From Vicinamibacteria bacterium (lineage in GTDB: Bacteria; Acidobacteriota; Vicinamibacteria; Marinacidobacterales; Marinacidobacteraceae), in contig OZ219815.1 of NCBI GenBank assembly GCA_964291235.2, forward strand, positions 768,001-832,000: a DNA stretch of 64,000 nt, written 5' to 3'. Positions 60,733-64,000 of this stretch are shown piece by piece. A program made the position numbers and the translations under genes. How positions within the stretch are numbered: position 1 is the first letter of the stretch; each line of letters starts with the position of its first letter. The notes under the pieces are model-generated. The model was not told the origin of the DNA. It searched no databases and worked only from the letters and a program-made list of their open reading frames with translations.

Positions 60733-61538
60733 CAGAAGAGCCGGATGTCGGTCCAGACGCCCATGGAGCAGAGCCGGACGTACAGGTCGGAGAACGCGAC
60801 CCAGAAGAGGCTGCACCAGGCGAACTTCATGTGCCGCACGTTCAGCCAGCTCGAGCACTCATAGGCGCAGCTACGCGCCGGCCTCCCCGAAATCTTGTTG
60901 AGGAAGCCCCCCGCGAGATGGCGGAACGAGTGGCAGCCGAAGGTGTAGCCGCCGAGCAGGACCACGTTCATGGTGAGGACGAGGGTGCCGACTCCGATTC
61001 CGAACTGCTCGGTACCGGTCGCCGGGTTCATGAACCACATCGCCTTCCAGGCATCCCAGGCGAGGATGCCGATGAACGCCACCGCGAGGTAGAGGAAGTA
61101 GCGGTGGACGTTCTGGAGGATCAGCGGCAGGCTGTTCTCACCGCGGTAGGTCTTCCAGGGCTTGCCGACCGTGCAGTTCGCGGGACTGGCCCAGAACGCC
61201 TTGTAGTAGGACCCGCGGTAGTAGTAGCAGGTGAGCCGGAAACCGGCCGGCGCCCAAAGGATCAGCAGAGCCGGCGACCAGGGCAGGAAGGCGGGCCAGA
61301 TGCTCGGTTTCCCGCCGAACCAGGCGTGGTGCGAATCGCCGAAAAGCACCGGCGAATACATGGGCGAGAGGTAGTTGCCGAGCTCGTAGTGGGCGTTCTG
61401 GAACGCCGCCCAGGTCGAATACACGATGAATCCGGAGAGGACGGCGAAGGTCGCCGCGGGGACGACCCACCAGTTGTCACGGCGTCGCGTGACACCGAAC
61501 CCCTGTTGCTCGGGAAGGGCTCCAGCGACGGTTGGCAC
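60732..61538 (-). CDS. SDH membrane anchor of the mycobacterial Sdh1 (Rv0249c-like) type; start uncertain
   Basis: FRLTCYYYRGSYY, QNVHRYF, GCHSFRH motifs; multiple TMs; stop overlaps the sdhA start. Confidence 0.82.
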   Translation of the reverse strand: MPTVAGALPEQQGFGVTRRRDNWWVVPAATFAVLSGFIVYSTWAAFQNAHYELGNYLSPMYSPVLFGDSHHAWFGGKPSIWPAFLPWSPALLILWAPAGFRLTCYYYRGSYYKAFWASPANCTVGKPWKTYRGENSLPLILQNVHRYFLYLAVAFIGILAWDAWKAMWFMNPATGTEQFGIGVGTLVLTMNVVLLGGYTFGCHSFRHLAGGFLNKISGRPARSCAYECSSWLNVRHMKFAWCSLFWVAFSDLYVRLCSMGVWTDIRLF

Positions 61539-61638
61539 GGCGGCGCAGTGTACCGCCGTAGTACCCGGAGTCTCGGAAATGTGTCGGGCCCCGCGCTCCG
61601 CGGGCGCCGTGGCCGGCCGCGCACGGCGCCGGCCGCGC

Positions 61639-62430
61639 TCAGAATCCGAAGACGAAGAGGAGCTGGGGGAGAAACTCGTTCGCGCCGTCAACGCCGAACT
61701 TGTTGACCCACACCTGGAGTTCGGTTCCCACCAGCACGCGGTTCCCGGCGCCCCCCATGGCCTTCCCGATGTCGTAGCGGATCTGGGGCTGGAGGAGGAC
61801 CTGGTACGGCTGGTCCTCGCCGGTTTCGGTCCCGGTAGGACTCTGCCACTCGCCGTGCCCCTCCACCGAGAAGGAGCCCTCCCCGAGCTGGAAGGGGTAG
61901 GCCCAGTTGAAGTCCACGTTCCAGATGCCGTCCGTGCTGGGCGCCCCGCCGCGGTCGAGTCCGCCGCTGAAGTCCACGAGATAGTTGAAGTCCAGATTCG
62001 CGAACGCGAAGCCCGGCAGGTCGAGCGAGAACTTGATGCCGGGGGTGAACTTCGCGAGCTGCGCCTGAGCGCCCCAGTTCAGGCCTCCGGTCAGCATCAC
62101 GTCCTTCACCGGGCCGAAGGAGATCTCCTTCCCGCTCAGGGCGCCGAGGCTCAGGTTCGAATACCACTCCAGGTAGGCGTCCCGGCTGGAAACCGGCTCG
62201 TCGCAGCAGGCCAGATCGACGAAGAAGAAGTTCTCGCCGTGGCTCCAGGCGCTCGCGTGCTGGAGGGTGATGACGTGCTGGAACCCCGGCGGACTGACGT
62301 CGCCCGCGACCCACGCGGACCCGCCCTGGTACTGGAATTCGGTCCTGCTGAAGCCCTGGGCGCCGGCGGAGACGGGCAGCGCCACCCCTACCAGGACGGC
62401 TCCCCAGAAGACCTTGCGCACCCGATCCAC
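61639..62430 (-). CDS. Tsx-like nucleoside-specific outer-membrane channel
   Basis: [32 protein letters not shown], terminal F. Confidence 0.8.
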   Translation of the reverse strand: MDRVRKVFWGAVLVGVALPVSAGAQGFSRTEFQYQGGSAWVAGDVSPPGFQHVITLQHASAWSHGENFFFVDLACCDEPVSSRDAYLEWYSNLSLGALSGKEISFGPVKDVMLTGGLNWGAQAQLAKFTPGIKFSLDLPGFAFANLDFNYLVDFSGGLDRGGAPSTDGIWNVDFNWAYPFQLGEGSFSVEGHGEWQSPTGTETGEDQPYQVLLQPQIRYDIGKAMGGAGNRVLVGTELQVWVNKFGVDGANEFLPQLLFVFGF

Positions 62431-62489
62431 GGTTGCTCATTCCATCACATCCCGCCGACATAAGATTGGCGGCATCCGGAGGGATCTCC

Positions 62490-63221
62490 ATGCGGGGCGT
62501 GCGGACGGCTGCGCTTTTTGCCCTCGTCTTTCTGGCGTCGGCCTGCGGCGGCGACGGCGCCAACGGGCACTCGGAACAGGAGGACGCCTTCCGGGCGGAA
62601 CGGATCCTGATGGTGCGGAATCAGATCGAGCGTCGGGGCATCCGCGACGATGCGGTCCTGCGGGCGATGCAGACCGTGCCCCGCGAGCAGTTCGTCCCCG
62701 CTTCCGAGCGAAGCCGCGCCCACACCGACCGCCCCCTGCCGATCGGCGAGGGCCAGACCATCTCCCAGCCCTACATCGTGGCGCTGATGAGCTCCCTGGC
62801 GCGGATCACCCCCGGAATGCGGGTGCTCGAGATCGGGACCGGTTCCGGCTACCAGGCGGCGGTGCTGGCCGAACTGGAGGCCGAGGTCTGGTCCATCGAG
62901 CTGCTGCCGGGAATCGGGGCGCGGGCGGAGGCAACCCTCCGCGCCCTCGGCTACGAGGACATCAACCTGCGGGTGGGAGACGGCTACCAGGGCTGGCCGG
63001 AGGCGGCCCCCTTCGACCGGGTCGTGGTGACCGCCGCCCCTCCGGAGATTCCGCAGGCCCTCCTCGATCAGCTCGCCCCCGGGGGACGGCTCGTGGCGCC
63101 GGTCGGGCCGGACCCGTGGACCCAGCGCCTGGTGGTGGCCACCCGGGACGCGGACGGGGAGATCCGGATCGAGGACCACGGGGGAGTGGCCTTCGTCCCG
63201 ATGGTGCCGGGGCAGCGGTAG
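62490..63221 (+). CDS. pcm: Protein-L-isoaspartate O-methyltransferase with a lipoprotein-like N-terminus
   Basis: [45 protein letters not shown]; N-terminal LASACGG. Confidence 0.95.
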   Translation: MRGVRTAALFALVFLASACGGDGANGHSEQEDAFRAERILMVRNQIERRGIRDDAVLRAMQTVPREQFVPASERSRAHTDRPLPIGEGQTISQPYIVALMSSLARITPGMRVLEIGTGSGYQAAVLAELEAEVWSIELLPGIGARAEATLRALGYEDINLRVGDGYQGWPEAAPFDRVVVTAAPPEIPQALLDQLAPGGRLVAPVGPDPWTQRLVVATRDADGEIRIEDHGGVAFVPMVPGQR

Positions 63222-63227
63222 GAGCCA

Positions 63228-63570
63228 GGAGCGCCGGCCTCCGGCCGGCATCGCTTCGCGCAGCGAAGCGAAACTCCCAAACCTGTTCGTTCACGATGGC
63301 GCCGCCGCCCGGCGGCATGGCGCAGCGCCACTCAGGCGGCGGTGTAACGGTGCGCCGTCCCCGTTTGGGTTGGCGCCGTCAGGGATGATCGAGTCTGGGA
63401 GTTTCGCGGCCAGAGGCCGCGATGCCGGCCAGAGGCCGGCGCTCCTGCGCGTTGAGTGGTCTTCGCCGTCACGGACTGGGTCCGGGCCGCGGGGGGGGAT
63501 CAGGTTTGGGAGTTTCGCGGCCGGAGGCCGCGATGCCGGCCGGAGGCCGGCGCTCCTGGCCGGCGCTCCT
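63228..63570. repeat. REP/REPIN-like cluster (family B) between convergent genes
   Basis: One forward and two to three inverted GGAGCGCCGGCCT..GGCCGGCATCGC palindromes with the same internal arms as 11516-12000. Confidence 0.85.
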
Positions 63571-64000
63571 ATTCCCAGTAGTCCACCTTGTTCGCGCGGA
63601 GCTCTTCCGCGAGGTTCCAGATGCGGGTTGCGGTGCGCTGGTCGGCGAACTCGTATAGCAGGGGCGCGAGGCCGGCGAGCCGCATCTTCAGGATGGCCTT
63701 CCGGAGCGCCTTCGGCTTGTCCACCTGGATCCAGTCCCACCAGCCGATGACGTGGCGCGCCATGTCATCCAGGCCGCCGGCCCGGAAACGCACCGTGACG
63801 AAGCCGTCGGCGTCCTTCTCGACCTTCTGGGTCGGATGGAAGTTCCACTTCTCCGGTTCCGGCGCCTCCGGGTGGAACCGCCACTTCACCTCCACCGGCT
63901 TTTCGCCGAAGGAGCCGAACAGCGTGCGGAGGTAGTTCCGGAGCGCGTCCTCCCCCAGCCCGCTCGGTTGGTCCGAAACCTCGACTTCGCTCATCCGGTC
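63569..64000 (-). CDS. C-terminal part of a WYL-domain transcriptional regulator (5' end outside the window)
   Basis: (DR)MSEVEV end of WYL; FG.F...V.WRF.P...W.FHPTQ..E...DG...VRF.AGG...M..H...W...V..P..LR WCX pattern. Confidence 0.8.
   Translation of the reverse strand, partial: DRMSEVEVSDQPSGLGEDALRNYLRTLFGSFGEKPVEVKWRFHPEAPEPEKWNFHPTQKVEKDADGFVTVRFRAGGLDDMARHVIGWWDWIQVDKPKALRKAILKMRLAGLAPLLYEFADQRTATRIWNLAEELRANKVDYWE

Noticed and set aside
63569-64000. WYL gene as a marker of a second defence island
   Set aside because: Only the C-terminus is visible and its neighbours lie outside the window, so this cannot be assessed.

Overview
High-GC bacterial chromosome segment, probably Acidobacteriota. 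This is inferred from an acidobacterial-type VWA protein, an Oar-like TonB receptor and CARDB-repeat surface proteins. The first ~4.6 kb is a visibly lower-GC island at the 3' end of the tmRNA gene (ssrA, 4594-4964, minus strand). It carries a complete four-gene bacterial ubiquitination-like operon (Ubl, E2-like, JAB, E1/ThiF) transcribed divergently from an XRE-HTH plus ImmA/IrrE metallopeptidase pair, with readable divergent promoters and a perfect palindromic operator. Neither the E1 nor the E2 has a Cys at the expected catalytic position. At 17.6-27.2 kb is a metal-handling locus with a multicopper oxidase, a cupin and three paralogous ZnuD-like TonB receptors (one frameshifted, one internally deleted and MITE-truncated, one intact). 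Two of the receptors are preceded by near-identical CxxC/RAPP leader ORFs and a conserved SD-sequestering spacer. At 35-46 kb is a putative cell-surface phosphate operon (kinase-like domain fused to an Omp85-type barrel, DUF4956, YjiK/SdiA-regulated protein, metallophosphoesterase, TamB) divergent from a phytase. The rest contains housekeeping or secreted hydrolases, ada, vapBC, a collapsed Rieske oxygenase relic, sdhAB with its anchor, pcm, and many REP/REPIN and CTAG-bounded MITE repeats. All calls come from reading motifs by eye; no database searches were run.
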